This document shows positions 41,501-53,777 of a stretch of 64,000 nucleotides of DNA, one piece after another. The translations under genes and the position numbers were made by a program. The DNA is from Setoptus koraiensis (Eukaryota; Animalia; Arthropoda), in NCBI GenBank assembly GCA_048013815.1, contig CM106585.1, forward strand, positions 22,258,001-22,322,000. The letters run 5' to 3'. The stretch's first letter is position 1. Every line of letters begins with the position of its first letter. The notes beneath the pieces are model-generated. The model had not been told where the DNA came from and did no database searches. It saw only the letters and a list, made by a program, of their open reading frames with translations.

Positions 41501-42942
41501 TTGATAAAATGAGCTCTGGCGTATTTCTTCAGAGCATGACAAACGTGTCTTGCTGTTTGACGCCTTGAAAAAAGTTCGTCTTCCGTTGGGTCGTTCAGTG
41601 CGGGATCATCACTAAATATTCCTTTTACAAAAACAACATTCAACAATTTTCTGAGACCATTATCATTGTCGAATAATCTCAATAAAAGCGGGAATTTGAA
41701 GCACAAGGAGAAAAACATTGTGGCATGGCATCTACTGGAATCATGAGAGCTTTCTAGCAACCATAGGCTGTACTTCACCATTTCTTCCACCGCGGATATT
41801 GCTCCATTTTCTGGATGTGGCATCCAACAGATCCTCTCCATAACGTCTTCGATTAAGGCAAGATAGTAGAGGCATATGCCGACACCGGATGAAGCCATAG
41901 CTTGACGGTTGACTTTAAGGAGTTGTTGCAATCCACCATGATTTAAAAACTCAAGAGAAAACTTCTTGTGTGTTAGTAGTGATGCCAAAAATTTTAATGC
42001 ATCAAATGCCAATCGAGTATCTTGATTCTTTCTCCAATTTATAAAATATAAAATGTGTGACAAAGCCTTCTGCTCGAACATATGAACTAACATTTCTTGA
42101 AAGTATCCCATGGTGGTGAGGTATTGTAGTATGAATCTTTGTTGCATGATAACGCTGAGCGGATGCATCTGATATGACCCTGACAAGTGTGTTTCGGCCC
42201 AAGAACTATTGGAACACTCATTGTACAATGGTGATCTAACCAGATTGGAAGAGCTTCTCCGTTCGTATTTGCGTGATGACAATGGTTGGACGGTAAGTGT
42301 GTCTTGATCATCAGTTGCGTCATCTTCGTGTGGCCGCTTATTTGAAAGTCTAGTGGTTGATGATGGTGGATGTAGTTCGAAATCGTCAACGGCAGTTGAG
42401 GTGGACGGTGTCAAATCACGAAGCCTGTCTAACATGATGGGCACTAATTGATTATTTTTTTCCCTATATTTGCTAGAAATTTCTGCCACTTCCATGGCAG
42501 CAGCCAACAATCCAGTGGCATAAGAATGAAGTGGAAATTGGGCACTCTCGGACCATTCTAGCAATTTTGTCACCATCTCTTCAGATTCCATGAAAACAAC
42601 AGAAGATTCTAGGCCAGGTAGTATATCTAATAGGACCCTACAGCTGATGACGTGCATGTTGATATCATTTCTGTGCAATATGTATTTATTGGTTAGCTCA
42701 CTCATGAAATTCTCATTTTTAAACAGAGCCTTGAGAATTTGTCCCAGGGAACAAGACGGATTCGTGCGCGACGGGTGCCTTTCATCGAATGGATCAATGG
42801 GCATCTTCAGGTAGGTTTCTGTTTCACGTTCAATCAGTTCGGCTATACCGGTCAGTATGGGTATGGGATCCGTCCCGGGATGTCCGTATATCTCATCTTG
42901 CCACCTCTGCAAGATTTGATTGAATTCCGTTATTGGCTCCAT
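38584..42942 (-). CDS. DCAF1: DDB1- and CUL4-associated factor 1 (VprBP/mahjong), 1452 aa in one ORF; possible 3-codon upstream exon at 43211..43219
   Basis: N-terminal IPILTGIAELIERETETY...DPFDERHP.R..P.C.LG.IL..LFKNENF, armadillo-like region, TDADSIRALACRVLCGL, LisH (LYHLLHKFLLSESLTESAAVFFKEAKL), WD40 repeats, long acidic tail. Confidence 0.96.
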   Translation of the reverse strand: MEPITEFNQILQRWQDEIYGHPGTDPIPILTGIAELIERETETYLKMPIDPFDERHPSRTNPSCSLGQILKALFKNENFMSELTNKYILHRNDINMHVISCRVLLDILPGLESSVVFMESEEMVTKLLEWSESAQFPLHSYATGLLAAAMEVAEISSKYREKNNQLVPIMLDRLRDLTPSTSTAVDDFELHPPSSTTRLSNKRPHEDDATDDQDTLTVQPLSSRKYERRSSSNLVRSPLYNECSNSSWAETHLSGSYQMHPLSVIMQQRFILQYLTTMGYFQEMLVHMFEQKALSHILYFINWRKNQDTRLAFDALKFLASLLTHKKFSLEFLNHGGLQQLLKVNRQAMASSGVGICLYYLALIEDVMERICWMPHPENGAISAVEEMVKYSLWLLESSHDSSRCHATMFFSLCFKFPLLLRLFDNDNGLRKLLNVVFVKGIFSDDPALNDPTEDELFSRRQTARHVCHALKKYARAHFIKETLRLTRTNGQSDNECKPIGLSDESVLDCVEIHRQGSVTRHNWRALDKLVQEEGITYLLKLIAHYSDESILFTGKTETIRNALEVLLVCSLAPKVQNLLLKETIRVVVDHSDPPAIESLPAMKVIVLCTDPKKMYAPEPKEVDCLKSALNILINLVSTNVARLSNTSAIMGEKANISISTPTGSAKNNPGSSKKRSTVRNFIDFSAKLRNAVWKSNGTMILPKLLTTPSRSRCPTDADSIRALACRVLCGLAKEEKIRQILSKSPLFLEGELQTLMKEPILQEKKNEHATFSKFCRELIELVTGTPVTSLSGEGSSVDEIKRRLIASQTRIEYHKEGLYHLLHKFLLSESLTESAAVFFKEAKLMNKPIKTSRNATTMNTFQNRLNNRQLTMPVTLSSPLSTNLLNEVNQPIVNGGTIPTHFKLNKSISHNLSITQQTPRSSAMQKTDLKEVQPTYSRMNRQQEDQNMELDYIIKEYLRNLHGRCKYPVATCPPFDLLAPHCCPEPSNRRMAPLNIASRIRQRQIYPPCGGMNGAKYDRQYIYSKFRPLKLVRDSIDARTTNSTCCAFSYVDHFLFVGTQEGSLKAFNVSTGVVDATYDCHNGPLGYIGPSKDGSLIITTSPVTAAPVCLLWTFTDIFERKLKFDNDTHAEFGKTSSSRVISTQGLYARLWDVSTGQVIQKYECNHEYLSNRATMSYDDNLVLNDGTLWDVRSGSVVHEFGKYNERISGIFHPNGNEIISNFHIWDLRNFRLLREVHAFDGCQLSFNSTGDVIFSTIIDDQVTDELPILKNEFKTSFRTFDSHDYSTIATIDLKRTISDLAVNPTDEHIALVESSVNCRYSDYQTESNVCRIYEIGRSKYREDIDMAEEDDQDEDEDVDDEDDDDDDDDDDDEDVGNYDYEDDFEVMETDEEEENEESDESSVVNSGSEDELVAPFRFGPGSDNPDSHTDNVDNDRYADDDDDEYEDIDEI

Positions 42943-44595
<1,653 letters not shown>

Positions 44596-44873
44596 AATCC
44601 TTCCTTCTTTTCTGGCTTAAATAAAATGTCAAAGGTGTCAAAACACGTCATATGTCCAACATAATAGACGCAAGAAAATAGATTAAATTCTTATTTCTGT
44701 GATTCTCAGTTGTTCTCTCAAAAACTTTGATGGCTGAAGCCATTAGTTCAATGGTATAAGAATCAAGTATAAATTAGATTCTAACGAACCATTGTGAGTA
44801 AGTTATTGATTTTAATTAATATTGCGATTGACATCAAGTCTAGACACGTTCGAGAGTCAACTCTGGCTGTCAT

Positions 44874-45974
44874 TCATGTGGAGCTGAGTAGTTGTGACCA
44901 ATAGCTGAGATCTTTTTTATCATCCTTATTGGCACGTGTATTTTTGTCTTCTTCCAACATTTCGCACAAGGTTCCAAAATTTGCCGCCTTCGAGACGGTT
45001 GTAGACTTGGACATTGTTGTTGACTTAGAAATGTTATTGGACTTGGAGACGATTGAGTAGTAGGTAGTGTTACCAGATACACTAGAATTAATTGTTGTAT
45101 TCACTTCGTTGCTATTAGTGATGACATCATTCTTGGAATGACATGGTGTCTTATTGGCTGTTTCCAGTTTGGTTGACGAAGACCATATACTAAAATCACT
45201 GTTGGCGTCCATGGATATGTTTAATGCTTGATGATTCTGATGACTCGAAACACTTTGAGGTTGCATGCGTGGTTCATGATCTAATTGTGAGGATATTGTC
45301 TGATTTCGATTTACTTCCAACTGGCGCACCACATGAGCATAATATCGAGGGTAGCAATCGGAGGTCAATAGTTGCAGTATCTGTTGTTCCGCCCCGGAGA
45401 AAGTGTCTTCCTTGAAATGTGATAAATCTTTAGTGACACAAAGCTTCGAATCGTGATCGACGTTGATGGGTTTACTTGCTGCAAAACTAAAATATTTTGT
45501 GTTCATTTCAATGCCTTTCTGCCTTATTGTGTTGGGGTTGCCTTTATTGAAAATATCCTTGTACTCTTGGCAGTCCAGCCAGAATTCCAGCGACTCTTCA
45601 CAGTATTGACTCTTCAAAAACGAATAAAAATCATCTAATATAAGTTGGTCGCGGACGAGTTGAGTAAAATCGAGATTGTCGGGAGTTGGAAGCTTTGGAA
45701 CAAAAGCATCTCGAGTCTGTTTACCTTGGAAATTTGTTCTTTGTGAGTATTTCGACAAATTTTGTTGAGTATTTGTTGCATCCGACAGAAGAGACAGTAA
45801 ATATTTCTGTCTCTCAATTGTGCCATTGTTAGCCTTAGTTTTCCTCTTGAATTTTATCTTGTTGATTTTTTTTGTTATCGACGAACTAGGTCCAGAAAGC
45901 CTGCGTTCTATTTGTGACGAGTCCTCTGACCTGTTGGATTTGGCCATTAATTTGCTCACAAGGGACTTGTCCAT
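44874..45974 (-). CDS. RGS (regulator of G-protein signalling) domain protein, 366 aa, subfamily unresolved
   Basis: FYSFLKSQYCEESLEFWLDCQEYK...KYF..AASKPINVD...F..AEQQILQLLTSDCYPRY is an RGS box, flanked by S/T/N/K-rich low-complexity arms. Confidence 0.88.
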   Translation of the reverse strand: MDKSLVSKLMAKSNRSEDSSQIERRLSGPSSSITKKINKIKFKRKTKANNGTIERQKYLLSLLSDATNTQQNLSKYSQRTNFQGKQTRDAFVPKLPTPDNLDFTQLVRDQLILDDFYSFLKSQYCEESLEFWLDCQEYKDIFNKGNPNTIRQKGIEMNTKYFSFAASKPINVDHDSKLCVTKDLSHFKEDTFSGAEQQILQLLTSDCYPRYYAHVVRQLEVNRNQTISSQLDHEPRMQPQSVSSHQNHQALNISMDANSDFSIWSSSTKLETANKTPCHSKNDVITNSNEVNTTINSSVSGNTTYYSIVSKSNNISKSTTMSKSTTVSKAANFGTLCEMLEEDKNTRANKDDKKDLSYWSQLLSST

Positions 45975-46483
45975 TTTGCATCAGAGGATGAATGGGGCAA
46001 TATGATGAGAAAACTTTTAGAAATGAGCATGATATGGTGGTATGGTGCGTTGTTTATTGGCACATAAACACAGAGAAGAGGCACCAAAATAAACCGTTGG
46101 CCTCACTGAGAAGGCTAGCATCGTGCTCCGTGGGCCCCAATGCGCATGAGTGGACACGAAATTACCGTTGGCGGGAAAATAAGTCACAAGTTGAGCTGCT
46201 CAACTTGAGCTGTAACGAAAAATATCTTATACAACAATTTATATATCTTATTCTATATCTTATACGATATAAGCTGCGCGAAGCTGATATACCAACGGAG
46301 AAAATAACAGTGATGTAAAGTAACGGTGGGCGCAAGTAAGTAGAATAGAAACAGCGTTATCGTTTTCGCAACTGTCACAAATAGACAGTTGCTATCATTT
46401 TAATTGTATAAGCATTAAGTATTACATCACATGACACAAAACATACGATAGCCAATATGGTAGTGGCTAATGAGTAAGAAACT

Positions 46484-46489
46484 TTTATT
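46484..46489 (-). promoter_or_regulatory. Polyadenylation signal of the C2-domain gene
   Basis: AATAAA on the minus strand ~40 nt after the TAA at 46529..46531. Confidence 0.6.
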
Positions 46490-46528
46490 GTTACATACAA
46501 TACAAAGTGGCGCATTTATAGATGACGC

Positions 46529-48016
46529 TTAGTTCTTCTTCTTGTCCTTGTCGTCGTGCTTTTCTGGCTTGAATTCGACTTTCAATTTAAGATAGTGCTT
46601 GGGGTATTTGCGACCTGTTGTTGGGCCATGGTTTAAATACATAGTTAGTTAGTCGTTTGGTACAAAAGCCGTGGGTTTAGCATTGTTGTGTAAATATGGG
46701 CCAAAGTATTAACTATGGCAAAATTTACTGTCTAGCTATCGGCGAGGCTTGCTCTGACACCCTGGACGCTGGCATGTTCAGGCGATGCAATAATCGCCTC
46801 TCATCGCCACTAGTACATTGCGATGCTTGTTGGAATGACAATAACCGAACATTGAGGCAACACAATCTGAGGTGGATCGGATGAGTCGATTGAGAGCGGG
46901 CGCCTCAACCGCCACCGGTTCGGCTAGTCAACAATGACACCCACTCGTGCGGTAACTGGCTCGCTCTATCATATTGTGGATGTGTCAGGCTGCGTTACTC
47001 ACCTTCGATGGCAAACATCTCCTTTCTGTTAATCTTGTCATTTAAGATTAAGTCTGTAATCTTCACTCTGGTTATGCCCACATCATCCGGCTTGTTCGGC
47101 TTGTCCGAGTCAAACAGCTCAAAACGGAGTACGGTGTCGGCAGAGATGGGCTTCGGCGTGCGACATTCCTTGTTGAACTGTTGCGTTGTGAATTGTTTGT
47201 TTGTTTGTTCGCGTGATTCGAGTTGATTGGCCGGGGAGTTGGGAGATGTTTGGAATGGTGAATGTTAGTATGATTGTTGTTGGATGGTGTTAGACAATAG
47301 ATTAACCCATTTGTGGCGATTAAATGTCGGATCTGTCTCACACAATTCGCGCTGTGAGACGAATCACGATAATTGGAAGCAAGAGGTTCGATAGTTCGAC
47401 AGGTGCCGAAATCGGCAATGAGAAGGCAACAAAAATGATGGTTGCAAGAATAGAATCTACAGAAACAGCGCCCACAGGTGACTGGTGAAGAGCTCAGTCT
47501 TAAGTGGTTATTGTTTACATGGTACGCAATGGCTTCATTGGCTCATTGTGGGGTGTCCCCGTCGGTTGCCGGGCCCAATCTGGACACTGTGATAGATGCG
47601 AGCATGACAGGTAAAAAGTATCACGGTGTCGGTTGTGTGTGTGTAAGCGGTGGCTCACGATTGCTCACGAGTGGCGACGTGAGAGATCTCGCATCGCAGC
47701 CAGCGCCTGACGCGAGGCGCCTAGTGGCCGAAATAAGCCACCAACAAAATCACCTAGTCTGATGATGGATACATGCGATCATGATGCTGGCACGAGAGAT
47801 CGATCGACACACCGGCACAAAAGAACACTCGTCCCATTATGAGTATATCATCATCATCATCAGCAACAGCAACAACAGGTAAGTGCCCCCAGTTTGCCTG
47901 TTGTTTGGTGCGTCCAGTTTCATAACTCCGCTTACGTCTCTATTAGAACAAGTTGGAATCTGCATTTGAATAGCCGGGCATTAGAGCAAACAGACATGTG
48001 TAGCCGTATGTAAACA

Positions 48017-48048
<32 letters not shown>

Positions 48049-49853
48049 CTGCTGTTGTTGTTGCTGTTGTTGTTGCTGCTGCATCGGGCGCCGAACGAGC
48101 GATGATTAGATTAGAATTGGTGCTGCCCTTGCTCTTGATCAAACCACGACCATGCTCATCATCACTGGCTGCCTGTCAGCCAACAGGTGAGCGCCAGTCT
48201 ATTTGCGCGCTTGATTAATTGTTCCTCTTGTCTCTGGTCGCAGTGTAGTTTACATGCGCACATAGCCATACATGATATAACATGTTGTGCGCTGGCTGGT
48301 GTTCGAATTGCTTGCTTCGAATCGGCTCAAACCGATTCGAAGCGAACCTTCGCAGCGAATTATTGCAGCCAACGAGAAAAGAGGGAGGCATTCTTGTGAG
48401 TGTGTGCGCCGGCCACAACTAGAAACCGCACTGTCGGCACAACCGACACAACGCTGTGGGTAACGAACACAACAAGTGAAGAGGAATTATTAATTGTGAA
48501 CCATAAATCAACTTGATTGCGTTCGTTGCTTGTTGTTGCTGTTGTCTAATCAATTTCAATTTGAGTCATGTTTCGTCGTTGGCTGGTTCGTTGGTCCGTT
48601 CGTATCATCATGGCACAATAGTGGCCTGGCTGGCTCGCCCTGTCAGACGGGCAGCAAAGGCGCACAAAAGCAATGGCCAGCAGTCAGACAATGATTGAGA
48701 TGTTGTTGAGGATATTGGTGCTGACGCATCATCATCGTGCGCGCATTTAGTTATGATAATAATAGTAATAATACTGATAATCTGCAAGCCAGAGAACAGC
48801 TTCGAAACAACAGCTCCCAACAGCGCGCTTGCTCGATACATTACAAGCGCACATCTCAATTACTTGTCTCTCTTTGGCTCTCGCCTCGTTTCTTTTTCTC
48901 CCTCTCTCTTTATTCGTTGGCTCGCTCTATTCGAATCGTTGTTCGGGGTTCGCTACTTTCGCGTTGTTCGCCTGTTTTGCCGTTCAGTTGCTGCTCGGTT
49001 GCCGCCACAAACGCGCATCATGATCAAAACACTTTTGCTGCTCTTACTTGTTGGTCTCATTTTGCCCGCTCTCCCGTTTTGGTCTCACTGTGCCGGCGAT
49101 GCTTCCAAATCGCTAAAAAACTATGATTTTTCAGCTTCACCTCCGCTGCTGCCAGTTGATTTCGCTTCGGCTTGATTTGATATCGATCAACCGCTGCTCG
49201 ATAATTGTGGCACAGGTACAGGTGGGCACCCGTTGCGCGCGAGCGCGCACATTGATGCGATTCTCAATATTGAAAAAGAATATTCCAATAGAAGAATCAA
49301 CATCAACATGCTGTGTCCGACACAATTCAACGGTCACTGCATGTCCGCCTGTTCGTTTGTCTGCGACAAGTCGTGCTCAAATTGGACTCTCAATCTGGAC
49401 AAACGTGAACCCAGTGATACGCACACCTCAACAACAGCAGACTAAACAAACTCACTCGGTTGTTTCAGTTATTGTTGTTTTCACTATTATAAATACTATT
49501 ATAAATACTGTTATTCGCTGTTCGGTGGTTCGGGGAAACATTGGCACCACTGACAACATTGGGATCAGATATATTAGATTGTAATGTGCACTCACCTGTG
49601 GATTGTTTGTGTCTTGCACTATGTTGGTCTCACAAATTAATTCTTTAGTTTCGTTCAAGTACAGCTTGACGAACACGTCCGAGTCTTGCTGAAACGGAGC
49701 GGGATCCAAATCGGGCACGTGCGCCTCGATAATCTTCACTTCGGCAAATCCCAGTGTTCTGATGAGTTCGTCGCGACTCAAATCGCCGGCCATAATTGCC
49801 ACGGGCAAGGCCAGGCCGACGATCAGCATCAGCATGATGGTTTTGTTTGACAT
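46529..49853 (-). CDS. Signal peptide + single C2-domain protein; complement(join(46529..46614,47003..47177,49596..49853)), 172 aa
   Basis: Exon 1 MSNKTIMLMLIVGLALPVAIMAG...VKIIEAHVPDLD...SDVFVKL...DTNNPQ|GTGAGT (phase 0). Exon 2 caacag|FNKEC...LRFELFDSDKPNKPDDVG...IEG|GTGAGT (phase 1). Exon 3 caacag|RKYPKHYLKLKVEFKPEKHDDKDKKKN*. Phases match, the C2 motif is continuous across junctions, and AATAAA follows at 46484..46489. Confidence 0.88.
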
Positions 49854-52800
49854 TGTTTCGGCTGACAAATGAAAATATATTGTTGTTGATTGTTGAATAA
49901 CAAGTGGAATATTTGACGAAAACAAGTTAATTTGTTTAATACTGTGTAATATTGTGACCAGTTGTAACTTATCTGGTGACGGATTGTGTTGTGGTTGTGG
50001 TGCAATCGTCGACTGCGTTGCTTGATTTTATAGTTTTCAATTAATCGATTGCGACAACCGATAATCACTGGGTCACAATAGGTCATTTATTGGCGGATAT
50101 GTGGCGATTGTTGTCGCGATACGTGAGTTACGTAGCATAACATCGGTATCAGTGACAGTTGCGCTAGCGAGAGAGACAAAGCGCAGGAAACTATTCCATT
50201 TGTTCTGTTTGATTTGGCAACAACGTTACGTATCTAGCGAGCTAGTCTCTGGGTGCCTCAACGGCAACAACAAATCGACGGCAACAACAAACCGACGGCA
50301 ACCACAAACCGACGGCAACCACAAACCGACAGTTACAACTTGCAGCAACAAATCAACAGCAACTGGCTGTCGTCGTCCAATTGGTCGTTGATTGGCCCAT
50401 TGATTACGATTGCTATTGTTGATATTGGTTATCGACTCATTGTTTACTTACCGAAAGTACTCACTGACCGATATGTGCTTCTCGTTGGATCTTACAACTT
50501 GTTAGGGAGGCTGCTTGCACTATTGTGTGTCTATTTTGGTTGGGTTAATTTTATACCACAAATTATTACGACAATTCATAGGACCATTCATGCGACGACC
50601 ATAATAGTAATATAATAATAATATCGGCTGTTGTGTTGCCAACAGCGCACTTGCCGGCGCACAACTGCGCCGGCAAGTGCGCCGGCGATAACCATCTCGA
50701 TCATAATTATAATTGACTTTTTTTATTTTTACCATAATGCTAATAACATTCACTCATACGATTATGTAACGATAATGTAATAATACGTCGAAAAAAACTA
50801 AGACGACGACGACGACGACTTTGTTTACCGAGCTCACATGATAAGCAACTGGCAGCTTATAAAGTTTTATATGTTATATTATTATTGTATTAGCAAGTAG
50901 CTAATGGCAAGTGCATGTACATATGATATCTCGAGCCAAGATATTGCCGAGCATTATAAGCGGTTGTGGCGAGCAACTTTGCGACTGTGATTGCGAGACG
51001 CAACATTAGTCAGAATGGGTAATGGGTAATTCGCTGTCTATCGCCAGAGGAAAGGCACAGAAAAAAGAAGACAACAACAACATTAATAAGTTGAAATAGT
51101 AATAATTAAATGCGACTTTCAGCGGCATGCGGCTGTCGTCGCGTCCAACCAACAACAATCGTTTGTTTTATTTCGTACTTTTATCATAAGCCCAAGCAAC
51201 AATTATCGTCTGGCGCACTGGCACGCCAATGCGAACTGGCTGAATGCAGTGCTGATTTGTATCGAAATTGTAGCTGTTACTAGATACCTCGTCATCGTGT
51301 CATAAATGTTGTTGTCTGTTTGTCCATCTTAATTACTTCTAGACTAGTTAATCAGATAACGCGCTCCATCACGGTGATGCTAATTAGATATGGCTGACAA
51401 CGATGCTGATCGCTTGGAAGCCGTGAAGCGCCATAGCAAACATGTCACTCAAGCTGATTGGTAGCAGGTGTAATGGTGGTCTGGTTGTCTGGTTGTCGTC
51501 GTCGTCGCGCTCGTCACATTGAACGCAACCCTTTTCCAATCTTGCAACTTTTCTCACAATATCTCCCTCTCTCGCTCCACATGTCGAGTCTCAATTCTTT
51601 TTGCTCTCTCCCTTCGTTTGGCAGTCCGTTTGGCGTGTCCGGCTGGCCGCTGCCAAACTGACAGCTTTTCAACGAGCCGTTGGCGAGCACAAGTGGCTAG
51701 TTATAGATTGAATTAGATTAGATATCCATGTCGGCCTTTTCACGGTGTCTCTCGCTCTCTCGCTCGGTTAGCCTATGGGCGAGCGTATCGGCGAGCTGAA
51801 TTGTGTGACCAATCAACTCATATCGCACATCTCGCCGTCACAAATCTCGGCACACTCAAATATAGACACATCAATGGATACTGGGCGATGCAGACGCGGA
51901 TACGGCAGCCACTAATTTGGCCACACCAACTGAATAATCTGACAAGCAAATCAAGTGTGTGAAAAAGCCCAAATAAAAAGCTTCCAGAATGAACAGTCTC
52001 GGCGACCATAACCGGCCGGCCGACCGGCTCACTGTATCCGTATCAAATGAGATTGCTTTGTCAGATCATTGGAGCGATATAATTGTTGTTGTAATTTGAT
52101 TTTGTTGCTGCCAGATAGTGCACTTGTGACCACGCTTGTGCCAATTGTATCATACTCTGTCAGCCGGTTGCAATAAACGTATGCTTGAATGAAGAGTTTA
52201 AAGTAAAGTTGTTAAGTGGCTGTCACTGTTTCATACTCGCAAATAGACACTCTCATTATGAGAGTCTCATACTCTCAGAGATAGACATCTTTTTGGCAAT
52301 CTATTCAGCTACCGAATAGGACAATAATTGCCACTGCTACTGGCTCATTGAAACGTAGATTTGAATTTGTTTTTTGTGTGGCATGATTGCCAGCTAAACA
52401 GGTCGTGCTCTTATCGCTTGTTGCCCAGCGATTGGCCGATATATTCCGGCAATAAAGCGACAAAACATAGAGATGGCGGAATAAAGAAACACCGAGATAG
52501 AAACAGTGGATCAGTTCAATCTGTGTATGCCGTTTGTCTATCTGGCGTTTCATCGACATTCATTCACGAAACGATACTGCCATTCAATCAGCGTATCGGA
52601 TCAGTGCATTTGATCGGGCGACAACTCTGGTCAGTGTGCCCATTCATTATTCAGGTTCGAATCGCATCTGTAAGATCTATGGCAAGATGGTTAAGACGGC
52701 AGCGATTGGAGATTTTTGCGGAATCTCCAACCGTTTTGCAAACAAGCGATTAAACACTGACAACACTCCCTAGGTTACCTTGTGAGAATGTTCATCGGAT

Positions 52801-53540
52801 CTCTTCAGTTCGTTTCATTTTTTTATTTCGCCAGCACGGTGGTCAGCACTTCACTTGACCGCTGCGATCTCGAGCTATCATCGCTATCTTCGCAAATTGT
52901 AGCAACCCGAACGCAACAAATTGATGGGTGAAAATTCACGGAAAAAACAATCAATTGTCAATTAGCAATCGTGTCTTGATAGTCGCTCAAATCGCTTTTG
53001 ACAGGCTTTTGACAAGCGTTGCGCCCGAATTCGCAGGGCCCCAGAACACGTGTTGAGCTGTTGCCGGTGAGCACGTTTTCGGGGTGTATTTTTAAAGATT
53101 TTTAAAGATTGTTCCAAACAAACTTTAAACAATTTGTTTGATGAGAGATGATAATCATAATGGCGCTGTTGATTGTGATATGTGATTGATGTGATATGGT
53201 GGTTGAAGAGTGGCCGCGTGAGATGGCAGCACTGTCGCGTCAGTGGTCCATCGTGGGGAATGGCAGTGCGCGCGTACAGTAAGTGTATGGCCGGACAAGC
53301 GGCGAAAGAGGGGGAAGAGAGTCAAGGTGACAGAGGCGTATTTTTGCGCGCATGCTCACAAGTGTCCGTCGAGTACAACATGTCGTGGTGGCAGCACATT
53401 GTTTGCGCTAACATGACATTTGAATTTTGGTTGTTGTCGGTGTCGGTTGTGTCATGTCAATCTATCCAATGCCATCTAATAGCCGATATAATACGTGTGT
53501 GAATACATCAAATATATGAAATTATCGATTTGTACACAAC

Positions 53541-53666
53541 AACAGCAGCAACAACAGCAACAACAACATCAACAGTGACAACACCAACAACACCAACATC
53601 AGCGACAACAACACCAACAACAACACCAACGACAGCGACAACAACAGCGACAACAACAGCAACAAC
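53541..53666. repeat. ACA/ACC/GCA trinucleotide-based low-complexity repeat upstream of the Sema2a ATG
   Basis: Read directly; produces the spurious poly-T/V/L ORFs. Confidence 0.85.
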
Positions 53667-53777
53667 TCGCCAGCAATGTATAGAACACACAAGAGCAGCA
53701 GGGGTGACAGTGGCGCCCCACACAAGAGTTGCGCAAGGGGTCACCTGGTGTGTGTAGTTTGTTATGCATTGACAAGC

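Noticed and set aside
44874-45974. Axin assignment for the RGS protein
   Set aside because: No DIX domain, no clear tankyrase- or beta-catenin-binding motifs, and the RGS box is of the classical EE(N/S)LEFW type.
47265-47351. Alternative in-frame acceptor in C2 intron 1 giving RELCETDPTFNRHK...*, echoing exon 1 ELICET..NPQFN
   Set aside because: Similarity is too short to distinguish from chance; no transcript evidence.
47780-48192. Plus-strand donors CAG|GTAAGT (47879) and CAG|GTGAGC inside the C2 intron
   Set aside because: About one such 9-mer is expected by chance in the window; no linked coding exon found.
52655-52666. GGTTCGAATC T-loop-like motif
   Set aside because: No acceptor, D or anticodon stems around it; not a tRNA.
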